Below are positions 63,872-64,000 of a DNA stretch of 64,000 nt, piece by piece (within the stretch, counting starts at the first letter, position 1; every line of letters begins with the position of its first letter). The notes under the pieces were generated by a model that did not search any database, was not told the origin of the DNA, and saw only the letters and a program-made list of their open reading frames with translations. The stretch is from an uncultured bacterium (GTDB lineage Bacteria > SAR324 > NAC60-12), in contig CBFIGY010000008.1 of assembly GCA_965662235.1 (NCBI GenBank), positions 36,979-100,978 of the forward strand, given 5' to 3'. Both the position numbers and the translations under genes were made by a program.

Positions 63872-64000
63872 CGGCGGCTGTGAAGGAGTTTCTCAAAGAG
63901 AGTTGGAACTCCTTGCGTCCAAAGGGCTCCTTGAGGTCCTGAGGGATGACGCAACGGAAAAAACGATAGCGATTGAACTTTTGGGATGGACACCGAAGGT
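63828..64000 (-). pseudogene. DUF6538-like fragment (N-terminal arm-type DNA-binding domain of tyrosine integrases), probably a remnant; runs off the window edge
   Basis: Minus frame from 63998 reads ...RYRFFRCVIPQDLKEPFGRKEFQLSLRNS..., then stops at 63828 inside the pglB 3' end. Confidence 0.5.

Noticed and set aside
1..64000. CRISPR arrays, tRNA/rRNA genes, IS elements, prophage or defence systems
   Set aside because: No regularly spaced repeats, cloverleaf or rRNA signatures, transposase, structural phage or defence-domain motifs were seen

Overview
A gene-dense, high-GC (about 60% by eye) bacterial chromosomal segment with about 62 CDS. I found no rRNA, tRNA, CRISPR array or intact mobile element. 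Gene content suggests a motile diderm of the deltaproteobacterial/SAR324 type; this is inference, not a database result. In order, the window holds: the end of a ugp-type ABC transporter; a GST plus an aromatic/homogentisate-type catabolic cluster (VOC, DUF2783, FAD monooxygenase, MBL, FAH); apeB-plsY-MoxR-membrane protein; several unknown lipoproteins and hypotheticals; ogt; a NUDIX-MBL fusion; orphan oppB; a LigE-type ATP-dependent ligase; valS; dapB; a flagellar export/regulatory operon (dksA-fliR-flhB-flhA-flhF-flhG-fliA); rsmB; pgi; Hsp20; nucleoside hydrolase; a ThDP enzyme; flagellin with a clear sigma-28 promoter; ppk1; mreC-mreD-mrdA without mreB/rodA; hom; hisE; an NtrC-type regulator; recJ; ydiJ; an orphan RND adaptor; and a PglB/STT3 oligosaccharyltransferase. 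The most notable observations are: (1) full-length enzyme homologs with missing catalytic motifs (an IspB-like protein without either DDxxD, a CcsA-like protein without the WWD motif, an OYE-like protein without H-x-x-H/N-x-Y); (2) a PglB with Gly at the Arg position that enforces the acidic -2 sequon rule, next to an AcrA-like candidate acceptor; (3) a Cys-free ValRS that looks Patescibacteria-like; (4) strong enrichment of the palindrome TCCGGA; (5) DksA at the head of the flagellar export operon. All family assignments come from motif recognition by eye and need HMM confirmation.
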